32,000 nucleotides of DNA, taken from Aeromonas phage AhSzw-1. Numbering within the stretch: the stretch's first letter is position 1; each line of letters opens with the position of its first letter. Positions 13,034-24,180 of this stretch are shown piece after piece. The stretch is from the sequence record MG676225.1; one strand, written 5' to 3'. Both the position numbers and the translations under genes were made by a program. Under the pieces are notes generated by a model that saw only the letters and a list, made by a program, of their open reading frames with translations, was not told the DNA's origin and made no database searches.

Positions 13034-13915
13034 TTAATCCTCCTTCGGGCCTATTATTTCTATTGTATCTGTGGCCCTAAAATCCCAATAAAGGGTATTA
13101 ACTGACTAAATATTCTATCTCTTGGTGGCTAATCCATTAACCTACCTAACATGCAAACCAGACTGAGAAACCTCGAAATCAGTGTACATGCTATCCTACA
13201 TTTCTAGTCTTTCTTTAGTGACGTATTCTTGTACCACTCCACCAAGGTTCGATTCACCAACTATTCTAGCGCCCTAAGGCACAATCACGTCAGTGTTAAA
13301 GCAGTTTACTTGTGAGAGTTGTGTGTACTAGCGCTGGAAGGTGACAGACTACCCAACCTAGGAGGCTTCGTACCCGGATAGCTGTGTAACTACTGGGCCG
13401 GGAAGCATGTGGTCTCCTTGTGGTTCTAAAGTAGCACCCGATAGAACAGAAGTGTCCTACTGCTAGAGCGTCTTTGCAGATAGTGTAATAGTGATTTGGC
13501 CTACTTTATCTAACTAGAAAGGTAGGTCGATACTTTCTACCTAGCATCCTGTTAAACAGAACTACCCACCAGCAGAAACAACATAGATGGTCGCCTCCCT
13601 CTAGGAATCACCTAACTTTTCTGGGTAGCTTAGAACTAATCGTCTAGGCTCATATTCATGAAATCCTGCCATTCTAAAGAATACTGATTCTCTGAAACCT
13701 TTTGTGATATAGGTTGTTAGAGTTATAGAGAAGCTTGAGTACTCTCTGGCTTGTAGCTAAGGAGGACTATAACCAAATATGGTTTTCCTATTTGGGCCCT
13801 ACTGCCTTATTGAAGTGTCACCAGATAGCTCAGTAACTGCGTCTAGAAGAAGCCACTGGCCTTCAAAATTTAAGGCTATCTTAGAATCATATAGAATTAG
13901 TGGGTTTCTAGTCAT
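13034..13915 (-). CDS. Tail-region structural protein (293 aa), unknown function
   Basis: MTRNPLILYDSKIALNFEGQWLLLDAVTELSGDTSIRQQGPNRKTIFGYS...; multiple in-frame TAGs; good RBS for the next gene at its 3' end. Confidence 0.7.
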
Positions 13916-13934
13916 TATCAGTGTCCTTTAGAAT

Positions 13935-13954
13935 GTGAGGGCCGAAGCCCTCAC
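13935..13954 (-). terminator. Hairpin terminator after tail tube gene
   Basis: GTGAGGGC-TTCG-GCCCTCAC on the minus strand, perfect 8-bp stem with a TTCG tetraloop just after the pb6-like stop. Confidence 0.55.
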
Positions 13955-13960
13955 AGAGTA

Positions 13961-15100
13961 TTAAACTGGAGTAACAAATCCTGTTGTCAGGAATTGGTCA
14001 ATCTTGGTACGGTTAAGGTTTGGAGCCATGCAGAAGCGAACTTCGTCACCTGTAGACATGTCAGTACCCATACCCTTAAATTCGATGTTAAGACCCATCG
14101 CATCTTCGGTCTGCAACTCAGGTACGGATAGGTGAGCATTCGGTAGATGCACAACAATACCAGGAACCATGCTAGTTGCGTAGTAACCACCAATCATCAA
14201 CTGGATCTTGAAGGAGTTGACAGAGCCAGTCATCTGTGATAGTAGCTTCCAAAGGTCGGAGGAACCGTTGGCAACGTCATTCAAGTAGCACTCTAGGCTA
14301 CCACTAACATCCAAGCCGCCAGTAAAGTATCCGATAGGACGGTCAACACGGTTTAGAGTGTTAGGTGTCAGATAACTGATGTTGTTGGAGATAGTGATGG
14401 TAGCTGCTGTGATGCCAATCTGGTCGTAGGTCAAACCGCTAGGCGCGTTATTGACAACTTTCAGAATGGATAGCTTGTTCTTAATGTAAGAGTTTTGCAG
14501 CCTTACGAACTCAGCGTCAGTGATACCGATAGTAGCTGGGTCAAATGGTTGAGCTGCTAGAGGCTCAATAAGGCCAGCGTTACCAGACCAGGTAATACGT
14601 GCAATATCACTAATATCTACAGAGATTTCAGCAGTATTAATCTAAATATCCGCCGCCTTAAACCAAATAGAGTCAACCAGCATATACAGGTGAGCCTTAG
14701 ATAGTTCGTGGTACTGACTATCTTTGAAGGAAACCACTTGGTTCATCTTGTCTTGATAAACACCCTTTTCTTTGGTACCCGGTACAAAAGGGGAACCAGA
14801 GGCTAGACAGTGCCACAGAATCTAGTCTGGGGTACTAATGATTGCACCAACATCCGCAGCCTAGATAGGTAGGATGTAGTTAGAGAATGACCACTCACCC
14901 GGGTCGATTGCATCTGTAAAACGACGAGCACCACGGATAGGCTTTGGTCCAGCCTCATCTAGGGTGATGTCAGTGTTAGTAGAAGTTTGACCGAAGCTCA
15001 GGTCATCCCCTACTAGGATTTCAAAGGTATTTGCCTTAGTGAACCCAGTTGTTACTGTGGACACAAATACCCTGGTGTTACGAAGTAACTGAACGGCCAT
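13961..15100 (-). CDS. Major tail tube protein (T5 pb6-like), 379 aa
   Basis: MAVQLLRNTRVFVSTVTTGFTKANTFEILVGDDLSFGQTSTNTDITLDEAGPKPIRGARRFTDAIDPGEWSFSNYILPI[Q]AADVGAIISTPD[Q]ILWHCLASG; strongly resembles recalled T5 pb6. The two track ORFs are one protein split by TAGs. Confidence 0.93.
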
Positions 15101-15110
15101 TTATTTCTCC

Positions 15111-15587
15111 TTAGATAATTCTACCATCTTCACAATACTTGAGAGTGATAGATAATTCACCAATGGCTATAGGTCTTAAAATACCTTCATCGGTTGTAAG
15201 TCCGCTTAAGTTGTCGATAGCTACGTACCTAGTTTCGGTGGAGCCATCAGGATTACTAACAGTATATTGTATACGCTCTGGCGTATCAAGAACTTTTTTA
15301 AGGTCTCTCAAGAGTAGCTGTATTTGTCGCTCTGAATCGTACTCGTCCTTGTAGTAAGCCCTAACATACACCCTTAGAAGAGTCCAGCGTACGCCTCCAG
15401 GCTGATATTCATACTCCTCTGGCCCCTAGGTGATAGTAATCATAGGGAAGGAGGTTACTTCTTGGGCTAAGTAAGACTTAGTTTGTACGTTGTTATAGAT
15501 GTTATGAAAATACTTAACACCTACGTTTTCCTAGCATAGCTCGGTTTTTACCTTGGCTGCTAAGGCTTCGCAAATATCTACTGACAT
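15111..15587 (-). CDS. Tail terminator-like protein (158 aa)
   Basis: MSVDICEALAAKVKTELCQENVGVKYFHNIYNVQTKSYLAQEVTSFPMITITQGPEEYEYQPGGVRWTLLRVYVRAYYKDEYDSERQIQ...; GGAGGAGATAATG start; size and position next to tail tube. Confidence 0.65.
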
Positions 15588-16333
15588 TATCTCCTCCAAT
15601 GTTGCTTGATATCAATCTTATATCTAGTCAGGCCTAACTGGGCTGCCTATTTCTATAGCTATTCAGTGATTAGTTTTTGTGGGTTTCTCTAGTTGCTAGA
15701 TAGCCCTCTGTACCTAGATACCTGCGGGTCGAACACTGAGTAAGGACGAACCATATAAGTAAAAAACACAGATAAAGTGTTATTCTTAAGAACTAGGGGC
15801 TTCAAATCCACACTATACTATAACCTACCTGTGCGGTATACTAGACCAGAGGTGCCAGGACTTTTCATTTCAGCTACTACATTAGAAATGGTGGCTAACT
15901 TAAGGGCGTTTCTAAGATTTACTTCGGAAACGAACCTACCTTTACCATCTCTAAGGCCTGAATCTGATTTTTGTCCTCTGTATCTGCTATACTTACCTAT
16001 ATTAGTAGATATAACCTACTTCCTAGTTATAGCCCTAGACTATGGCTACATTCCCATAGCCTATAAAATACGGTTCATAACATCTAAGTCCCCAGAAATA
16101 ATAGCAGCCTAGACATTATCTACCAACTGCTCTGTTATGCTGGGGTTATCTTTAACTTGGGTTTTGAAGCTAAAGCTCACACTTGCTATGGATTCTTTAG
16201 GGTCTCTGGAGTCACCTAGCTTTATGGTCTCTGTTATCCTTAGATTACCATTATCCCTAGCTAGTGCTTCGTTAGACTCCTCTGGAACTTCTAGCTGTTT
16301 TACTAGTTTATCCGTAAAGAATTTACTCTACAT
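15587..16333 (-). CDS. Head-tail/neck structural protein (248 aa), unknown
   Basis: MQSKFFTDKLVKQLEVPEESNEALARDNGNLRITETIKLGDSRDPKESIASVSFSFKTQVKDN...; TAATG overlap with the next gene; in-frame TAGs. Confidence 0.65.
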
Positions 16334-16335
16334 AA

Positions 16336-16845
16336 TTATTTCCTATATAGGTCTAGGATAGATTTTACATGTGACGGTAGGTAGGAGACCTTATCGAAGT
16401 TAATCGCTTCTCCACCCTAGGAAATCTAAGACTTATATTCTTGCTTGTGGTAAAACTTCACCAGTTCCATCACAGCCACTTTAAGCGCTGCTAATCCTGG
16501 GATTTCCTAATTGGCTGCCGTAGTGCACACCAATTTAATAGACCCCTGAACTTCCTTAGATAGCACAATCATGTAACCTCGCATAATGTTGGCGGTTACG
16601 TCAGCTAGGTTACCATTCACGTATACTTCGGTTATCTAAGAGATCCCTTCTTGGTCAATAATCATTCTGTTATTTGGTAGGGGTAGATAGTCCTGTACCT
16701 CTACGGTTCCCTATGTGACCTCTTTTATGTTGGTATAATCCTACACAAAGGAGTTCTACATTTCAAGTAGATTAGTCAATTTCTACTCATCTTGTGGAGT
16801 AGTAATGGACATATACTACTTTAGTTCTGATAATGTTGCAAACAT
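16336..16845 (-). CDS. Head completion / head-tail adaptor-like protein (169 aa)
   Basis: MFATLSELKQYMSITTPQDEQKLTNLLEMQNSFVQDYTNIKEVTQGTVEVQDYLPTPNNRMIIDQEGISQITEVYVNG...; typical HK97 gp6-like start, located directly downstream of the capsid gene. Confidence 0.65.
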
Positions 16846-16870
16846 TTTACCTCCTTTAGATAAAAAGAAA

Positions 16871-16894
16871 GGGAGGGAGATTTCTCTCCCTCCC
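16871..16894 (-). terminator. Intrinsic terminator after capsid gene
   Basis: GGGAGGGAGA-ttTC-TCTCCCTCCC, perfect 10-bp stem followed on the minus strand by TTTCTTTTTA. Confidence 0.8.
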
Positions 16895-16909
16895 TATTAG
16901 GAGTCACTA

Positions 16910-18289
16910 TTAAGCGGCGTACTTAGCAGACACAACACCGTTCGGGAACATGCGTTGCAGGTTCAGACGCTGAGTTGCGTAGTAAGCATCACGTTGCTTA
17001 CCCGCTTGACGCTCTTTCTCAACAGTCAGTTGACGCTGACGTGGAACTACGAAGTTGTCGGTGTAAACGATAACAGCGTATTCTTTCTCAGCAGCCTTAG
17101 CTGGGAAGTACTCGGAGATAACTACTGGCATACCGTAGATACGACCAACTTGACCTTGAAGCTTAACAGAAGCTTCACCAACTTGGTTAACATCTTGCCA
17201 CTCAGGATCTTCCAGCAGGTCGTAGTAAGCGTCCAGGGAAACAATCAGAGTCAGCTTGTTAACGTTGTAGCCGTAACGGCCAAGGTGACGACGCAGCTTG
17301 GAGATTTCCAGTGCAGTAACCTTAACAGAACCGTCAGCCTTAGCTGGGGTGGCAACAGCACGACCGTCATCAGTAGCGAACTTCAACAGACCAGTAGGAA
17401 CACCTGCACCGGTACCGTTCATGAATGCGTTCTCAATCGCCTTAGCGTGAGCTTCGATCAGGTGACGACGCAGGATAGGAAGCAGAGGAAGAACAGCATC
17501 TTCTTCAGTTTCGTCGGTCATGAAGATCTTAGCAGCCAGTTTGAAGGTGCTGAAGGTCATTTCGCCAAGGGTAACTTTGATTTCGTTACCAACAGTTGCG
17601 TCAGTACCAAAGGTGGAGTTGTCTACCCAGTTGGCAGTACCAGCTTCTGGGTCAACCAGCATGGTCAGGGTCTTGGAGTTCATCGGCAATTCGGTGAACA
17701 GGTTACCTACAACCAGGGCCTTCTGGATATCACGCAGCAAGTTGGTGGAGAAAGTGGTTTCGTAGTCTTCGCTAGAAACTTGGATAGAAGAAGAACCGTT
17801 AACGGCCTTCAGGTGGCTCTAACCGTACTTGGTTTCAAACAGGCTCTTCTCAGTCAGATAAGACAGGAATACCACGTTTTCAACTTCACGGGACAAGTCC
17901 TCGGACTTAGCATAACGCAGAGCACCTACGTTCATGGCTGGTAGGCCGGTACGAGCAGCAACCAGTTGGTTGATTTCGCCAGCTTGTGCCTTAACTTGCT
18001 CCTGCATAGCTTCCAGAGCGTCGGCGAATGCTTTGCCGCTTTCTTGCAGCTTAGCTTCCAGAGTCTTGATGGTTTCGTTAGCAGCTTCAAGAGACTTACG
18101 CTGTTCTCCGGTAGCACCTTCGATAAGAGCCTTGATACGCTCTTGTTCAGCCTTCTCTTTAGCAGCCTTTTCCTCGGCCTCCTTCTACGCCTTCTGAGTA
18201 TCGTTCAGAGTCTTTAGAGCGGTAGAGATATCGTCAAGACCAAGCTGGGCGCGCAGAGCGGTAATATCAATGTTTTGATTCTCGTTCAT
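16910..18289 (-). CDS. Major capsid protein precursor (T5 pb8-like, HK97 fold with N-terminal delta domain), 459 aa
   Basis: MNENQNIDITALRAQLGLDDISTALKTLNDTQKAQKEAEEK...GALRYAKSEDLSREVENVVFLSYLTEKSLFETKYG[Q]SHLKAVNGSSSIQVSSEDYETTFSTNLLRDIQKALVVGNLFTELPMNSKTLTM...; only two in-frame TAGs seen (17819, 18185). Confidence 0.92.
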
Positions 18290-18927
18290 TTCACAGATTT
18301 CCTTAAGCACCCAAGCTGACGAGCTAGTTTTACAATTTCTGGCTCAACAGGGGCAATTTGTGTATTTTGTTTTGTGGAAGTAGGTTCTTTAATCAACTTA
18401 GCTTTTAACTCTTCACGGTTTTGAACCCCGAAAGACTTAGCCAAGTTAAACATGGAGTCTTGGTTACACGGGACAGAAACTACAGAAAGCTCAGTCATTT
18501 CTATCTCAGTCATAAGAAAAACGTCAACATCGGGTTTGTATTCCCAGTCCAAGAGACGGAATCCAATGGAGAATGCTTTCAGGATATTTTTCTTAATCTA
18601 CTGGAATACAGCTGGGATTGTATTAGAAATCCTCACTCGAACAAAGAGACCTTCGTCTTTTACTTCCAGAGACTCAACTATGCCGATAGGCATAGAGTGG
18701 TTGTGATACGCTAGTACAATAGGATTCTTTCTATAGTTAGAAAGCTAGGATTCTTTTTCCCATGTACTACGTGGAATCAAATCGCCAGCCCTGTCAACGG
18801 TTGTGGTGTTGGCCATACCTTCAATTATGATATCGTCTTCATCACCACCTTCTGGTGCGGCTTTGATTACGGAGTTAATAGAGAAGTCTATAAGACCCTC
18901 TGCTCCCTTAAAGCGTTCATCACTCAT
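18286..18927 (-). CDS. Prohead protease, 213 aa
   Basis: MSDERFKGAEGLIDFSINSVIKAAPEGGDEDDIIIEGMANTTTVDRAGDLIPRSTWEKES[Q]LSNYRKNPIVLAYHNHSMPIGIVESLEVKDEGLFVRVRIS...AFSIGFRLLDWEYKPD...ELSVVSVPCNQDS; two track ORFs joined by TAG readthrough. Confidence 0.9.
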
Positions 18928-19210
18928 CTTTCTTCACCATTACTTTAGGAGGTGGAGTAGGCTTGACAGGCTTAGCCGTAACAGGTATTGCCTTGGTAGG
19001 CTCTACAGCTTCGCGTGTTTCTGCGTACTTCTTAAACTCTTCTTCCAGTTTCTGGAATGCTTTACCTAGTGTAGGCTCACAGTAAATGCCTTTCAGCATC
19101 GCTGGAGTTACAATGGATTCAGTCTATCTAGTAGCGAAGAATAGGTGACGTGGAGGGAGCTTTTTACCGAAAAGCTTAACCAGCTATTCAAGTTTGCTTT
19201 GCTCAATCAT
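18920..19210 (-). CDS. Small head-region protein (96 aa)
   Basis: MIEQSKLEQLVKLFGKKLPPRHLFFATRQTESIVTPAMLKGIYCEPTLGKAFQKLEEEFKKYAETREAVEPTKAIPVTAKPVKPTPPPKVMVKKDE*. Confidence 0.65.
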
Positions 19211-20448
19211 TTGTCATCCTCGTTTGCTGGCCTGCCACCTTCTTGTCCTGAAACTCCGGTACCAGAACCCTAGATATTCTAAGGAACCCTGATTTGAGTT
19301 GTTTCTGGCAGTTTCAGTGCGGAAAGCCCTAACATAAGTCTACCCTCGTCTGCAGTAATCAACCCGTTATTCACAAGCTACGTTACACGGGTAGCTTCCT
19401 TCTGAGTATCAGGTGAGAGAGCAAATACGTCCGAAGTATCTAATTCGAAGCTATAACCGAAAAACGCAGAAAGCTAACCGGTAAATTTCTTTAGGTTTGG
19501 TAGAATCGTTAAACTAAACATCAAGTCAATATTCGGCCTAATGTTAGCATTGTTCCCACCCTCAAGAAGGATAGGCGGAACTCCCATCTATGTACAGATT
19601 GCCTCGTTATGGGCTTTCTTGTCTTCATTGATACCTAACTGACCCATATCAATCTGAGCAGTATTTTTAGCTTTTAGTCCCCCATCAAGAATCATGGCAG
19701 AGTTCATGAACTTACCGTTCTTGGTGTTGAAATTCACGTTGATGGTATCAAGTAGCTTGTCCTTGAAAGACTTACTTAGTACAGATTCGGTTTCTAAGAT
19801 AAGACCCAGCATAGTACCATTATCTAGGTAACGCTCCTTGAAAGAGCTTAGCTTGTCTTTTCTTATGATATCATTTTCCGCAGCCTTATAGCGCGAGTTC
19901 GCGCTGATGGCTGATGCCCCTACCCCATGAGTGTAAGAGTTATCCTTAATAAAGATAACTTCATCAGTACTTAAACGACGGTCTCCAAACATGTAGTATT
20001 CTACAATGTTGTTACTGCCGGAGTACACCTTGACTTCCGTTTCTGGGATGTGGTAGAGGGCGGTGCCATCCCATACCGCAAATGCTCTGCCACCCATCCA
20101 GTAGTCGGTAAGTAGTAGTCTCCAAAAGGAGTTAGCATCTTGGAATAGGTTTGGCTTAATTTCTAGTAGCTTAGCTAGGGTGGCCTTGCTTGCAGTACTA
20201 TCTTTCCGATTCATCTCAGATAGGCCCTTAGCTAGAGGGGTTACGTTGAGCTTTTTGCCAACAGTAATCTTTACCTCAGCCTAGCTATCAACTAGTATGT
20301 TTACGCACCTGTTGAAAACTGGGTCAAGCTTATAGGAGTCTGCCGCTGTTCTCTTATTAGGAGTAGCGGTTTCACCTGTAGGCTCTTTATCTTTGATATC
20401 TGACTGCACTGGATTCTTTTTGGTGAATAACCAGCTTTTAATATTCAT
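19207..20448 (-). CDS. Portal protein, 413 aa
   Basis: MNIKSWLFTKKNPVQSDIKDKEPTGETATPNKRTAADSYKLDPVFNRCVNILVDSQAEV...FWRLLLTDYWMGGRAFAVWDGTALYHIP...[Q]MGVPPILLEGGNNANIRPNID...; HK97-family portal features. Confidence 0.88.
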
Positions 20449-20459
20449 TCGTTATCTCC

Positions 20460-20885
20460 TTAGCACTTAAATCTGGAGAAGCGACCCTAAGAAGCCTAGG
20501 TGTGGGAACCTGACTACTTGTCATGTTGCTTCTGAACCCAATTACGTTGGGCATCTGCTGTATTAAGGAGAGGAGTCACACCATAGATTCTGTGCAACTC
20601 TTTGTGGTGTCCCTAGCAAAGAGTTACTGTGTCATCAACTAGTTCGTACCACCGCTCCTTATAAATCTCTTCCCGGATTGAAACACACTCGTCTTCCGTT
20701 TCCGGCTAGGGCAAGTTATTTGCAGTGATAAACTAGTCCACAACTAGTTTAACAGAGTGATAGTGGTGTAACTCCAATTCTTGTTCAGAGGAACAAATGG
20801 CACAGCATTCCTACTTTTTGTAGTTCTACTTAATACCATCGCGTACGTACTTAACGACGTCACGCTTCTTAGTGTTAGCAGCCAT
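20460..20885 (-). CDS. HNH-like zinc-binding protein (141 aa)
   Basis: MAANTKKRDVVKYVRDGIKQNYKKQECCAICSSEQELELHHYHSVKLVVDQFI...WYELVDDTVTLCQGHHKELHRIYG...; CxxC / HH / CxxH arrangement; RBS AGGAGAGCCCATG. Confidence 0.65.
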
Positions 20886-20972
20886 GGGCTCTCCTCATTT
20901 CTATATAAACATGATATGCTATAGGTTTGTATTTGTAAAGATGCGTTTAAAAGTTCACTGGCACAGACTAAA

Positions 20973-21374
20973 TTAGAAGGTGTACTTCCAGTGAAGGGTT
21001 AAAACACTGACCTTACCAGAGGGTATCCAGCCTATAATAGAGGTAATAGGGCCGGTTCTATATCCTAGCTCAAACTGCCCCATAGGTAATAGATCGTACT
21101 TCATGGGTGTGTCACCATAACCAGTTACTGCACCAACTTGTACGCCCTAATAAACGTCATCAAACCACCAACCATAGCTCTTAGTAACCATCACGGAAGG
21201 TTCATAGTAGGAGTTATTAAACTATACAACACTCCAACCATCGTGTTCATACCCAACAGTTAGATTGCGCTCATTAAAGTGTCTGGTCTCATTCTTGTAA
21301 GTGTACTCTCTAGCCCCGATGTGGTAAGAGAAGCCCCCTAAAACTAGGGAGCTCTATAAAGTTAACTATAACAT
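20973..21374 (-). CDS. Hypothetical protein (133 aa)
   Basis: MLQLTLQSSLVLGGFSYHIGAREYTYKNETRHFNERNLTVGYEHDGWSVVQFNNSYYEPSVMVTKSYGWWFDDVYQGVQVGAVTGYGDTPMKYDLLPMGQFELGYRTGPITSIIGWIPSGKVSVLTLHWKYTF*. Confidence 0.6.
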
Positions 21375-21377
21375 AAA

Positions 21378-22670
21378 TCACCTTACGAAAGTATAAATTG
21401 CATATCTAAATGCGTCCGCTACGTGAGAGTACTCATCGTGTAGGGGTCTTGGATCACGGCTGGGGTCGATTTCTGGGTCCCACTGATAGTTACGCAGCAT
21501 CATAATATGCTTAGTACAGTTGTCTAGAACGAATAGTTTATCCTGCTGGAATAGAGATTGGATATACTCGATACTATCAAGAGTAGATTTCTTCTACTTG
21601 ATACTCTAAATATCATGCAACATCTACAAGTCAGCAGCAAACTGCGCGGCAGCGTAGTCTACAAATACCATGTCAATCCCATACTTGTCCATTAGCTTAG
21701 TGAAGTTCTCAGCATGCTGCTAAGTAGTAAGTCGAGCCTACTCGTACTCATCACATACATAGAATACATCTTTCTAGCCGTGGTACAGCAGACAGCTACC
21801 AGCAGTACTATCGGTATAACCGTGGTCAATACCCATAATGAATTCGAAGGTACCATCGTACTAGGGAAGCTATGGGACAACATGACGCTCCTGGTCGAAG
21901 CAAGTAAAAATCTGAGTTTCGAAAACGTCGAAACATGCCTCATACTCTTGTTTAAACTTAGCCGGGGAACAAGTTCTTCGGGCTTCTGCAATAACCGATT
22001 CTGGTACACGAGGGTTATCTCTATACGTACCGTGGATGGAGGCCCAACGACTAAGTTCTTTATCAGTACCTCGGTCATAAAACTTTCTAAACCAATTATC
22101 CCCACGAGGGGTACTAATAAACAGCTACTTACTATTCATTTTGTCCAACATTGGGCCAATTTGTACGTCGAAGGTATCCCCACCCCGCCTATCAATCTAG
22201 GCCTCCTCATATATTACTAAATCGTAAGAGCGTCCTACTACAGAGTCTGCACGGTTTACAGAACCAAGCTTGAAGAAAGAACCATTCTCAAGTTCAATTT
22301 CTTTATCTTTAGCGTTCTCTTTAATAGTCTCTACACCTGAACCCTTAAGAAGCTTCTTGATTTCATCCCACCCGATATTAGCAATACTATAGTTGGGAGC
22401 CATTACCAAAACCTACGCACCAGGTTCTAGTAATTTTAGAAACTAACATGTATAAGCTATAAAAGACTTACCTACACGTCTGGATACGCAACAAGTTAAG
22501 TAACGGCAACGGGGGTCATTTAACTAGTTAATAATACCTATCTGTACTTGATTAGGTTCTACGCCTATTACATCTAGGTAGTTTTCTACTGGAAGCTAAA
22601 AGAAACGTTCATCAACGGGGATGTACTTGTTTAGCTCCTAGTATGTAATCCAATCTCTGGTTACCTGCAT
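21378..22670 (-). CDS. terL: Terminase large subunit, 430 aa
   Basis: MQVTRDWITYQELNKYIPVDERFFQLPVENYLDVIGVEPNQVQIGIINQLNDPRCRYLTCCVSRRVGKSFIAY...; Walker A SRRVGKS, Walker B DLVIYEEA[Q], nuclease motif FIMGIDHGYTDSTAG; many TAGs. Confidence 0.88.
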
Positions 22671-23389
22671 ATAACCTCCATGAGCAATTGCTGGCTTATA
22701 TCTTGTATTTGAGTAGCAGATAAATCAAAAAATTCAGTGTTACCATTATTTACCAGTGGGTTGTACTTATTCTCAACACTATACTTTTTATGCAACTCCT
22801 TTTCTCTAAGTACCTACTAACTACCAAGGTTATACACCCCCAGTATTGATAGATTACCGCCTATATTTAAGATTCTCTATTTAAGGTTGTTAGTTACCCC
22901 TATCTTAGTAAGTCCGGTGTTATTACATTTTAGTAGGTATAAGAAATTTGACTTAGCGCCCTACTAGCACTAGGGACACCCATGCCCAAGGTTAATGTGG
23001 TTAGCTGGAGTGATGCTAAAAGGTCCATGTTTTCTACATATAATGGTAATCTTTGTTTTACTCCTAGAATATATTGAACCCTAATAGTCATAAGTATCAC
23101 CATGAACCTATCGCTACTTGGCAATAAATAACTCCTGGGTATCCGGTTTTACTCCGTGAACCTAGCAACTAGGGCAACCCTATCCCTTCATATGATTACC
23201 GGGGGAAACCTTAAATATACCATGTATCTTACACTTAACTGACTATAGGGTTTTTGAATCTGTATACACAAACTCGGAGTAGTCGTATTTTTCACCATGC
23301 CTAGCCATGAACTTCTGGACCTAAAGTTCTGTTTTTCGTTCTATTGGAAGGTAGGGGTTTATTCTGCCGTCTGAGTATAATTCTTTCAT
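22661..23389 (-). CDS. Homing-endonuclease-like protein: two treble-clef/zinc repeats plus T5orf172 (GIY-YIG-like) domain, 242 aa
   Basis: FMARHGEKYDYSEFVYTDSKTLQSVKCKIHGIFKVSPGNHMKGQGCPSC ... QVHGDTYDYQGSIYSRSKTKITIICRKHGPFSITPANHINLGHGCPQC ... NFLYLLKCNNTGLTKIGVTNNLKQRIL. Confidence 0.78.
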
Positions 23390-23847
23390 TTCTTTTTACC
23401 GTTGATGATTTTGTCAAGCAACTAATTGTAGTTCTCCCCCCCATTTATCTGGATGTTGGTGGTGTTATTGTTTTGAATGAGGTTTGTGGTTTCCTAAAGT
23501 TTCATCGACATTTGGAGTTCCTACATTTTCATCTTATGCTATTTCTCAAGTAATGTAACAATATCCATATCTGGTAGCATGCCTGTTTCTTCCATTTCTT
23601 CGATTTTAGCATTAATAATTTCATCCAACAAACCAAACATCCTGTCTCTATTTCTAAAGCCAGCTTCCTAAAACTGCTGGTCTAGGAGGGCCTTAACCGG
23701 ACGTTGTGATAGGAAAGCAGACACATTTTCTATAGGCATGCCTAACTAGGTGGCTGTTTCCTTCATTGAACACCCATTTGACAGATAGGTATTCATAACA
23801 GTAATAGCCTCCGGGGAGACTTCTAAGGGTACTAATTCTTTGGCCAT
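23386..23847 (-). CDS. terS: Terminase small subunit, 153 aa
   Basis: [85 protein letters not shown]...[23 protein letters not shown]; HTH-type N-terminus. Confidence 0.75.
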
Positions 23848-23930
23848 CGTATTTATCCTCCAACCTTTAAAGGTTAACTTTATTAGAGTATACCGTGATA
23901 AGAAGTGAAGTACAACTCATTTTTTATTTT

Positions 23931-23993
23931 CGTGGGGTTCGTGAAGCTCCGTGGGGTGGCGTGGCGTTGTGTGGGATTTCGTGCAATATCGTG
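23931..23993. repeat. 10-bp phased CGTG repeats at the TerS/pre-early junction
   Basis: CGTG at 23931, 23940, 23950, 23960, 23980, 23990 with TGTG at 23970. Confidence 0.7.
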
Positions 23994-24180
23994 TGGTTAG
24001 TGGTAAACGTGAATCTCCCGTATTTCTCCGTTGACGTGCGCTCTAAAGCACTTTCCAAAAATTTCAAGTGTTACACATGAAAAGGGGCCACTATATGGCT
24101 AAATGAGAATAAGTCTCATTACCGCCCTGGGGGCTCAAAGGAAACCGGCCCCCTTCGGAGCCGGTAAAATTAATTTGACT

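Noticed and set aside
16955-17944. Long plus-strand ORF of 329 aa in the track
   Set aside because: Fully antisense to the pb8-like capsid gene, which has a clear function; explained by codon composition of the opposite strand.
20438-20554. 38-aa ORF MPNVIGFRSNMTSSQVPTPRLLRVASPDLSAKEITNEY
   Set aside because: Overlaps both the HNH-like gene and the portal start in another frame; the HNH-like reading is more coherent.
21692-22220. Minus ORF 21692..22105 and plus ORF 21714..22220
   Set aside because: Both overlap the TerL frame, which carries Walker and nuclease motifs when TAG is read as Gln; neither yields a recognisable protein.
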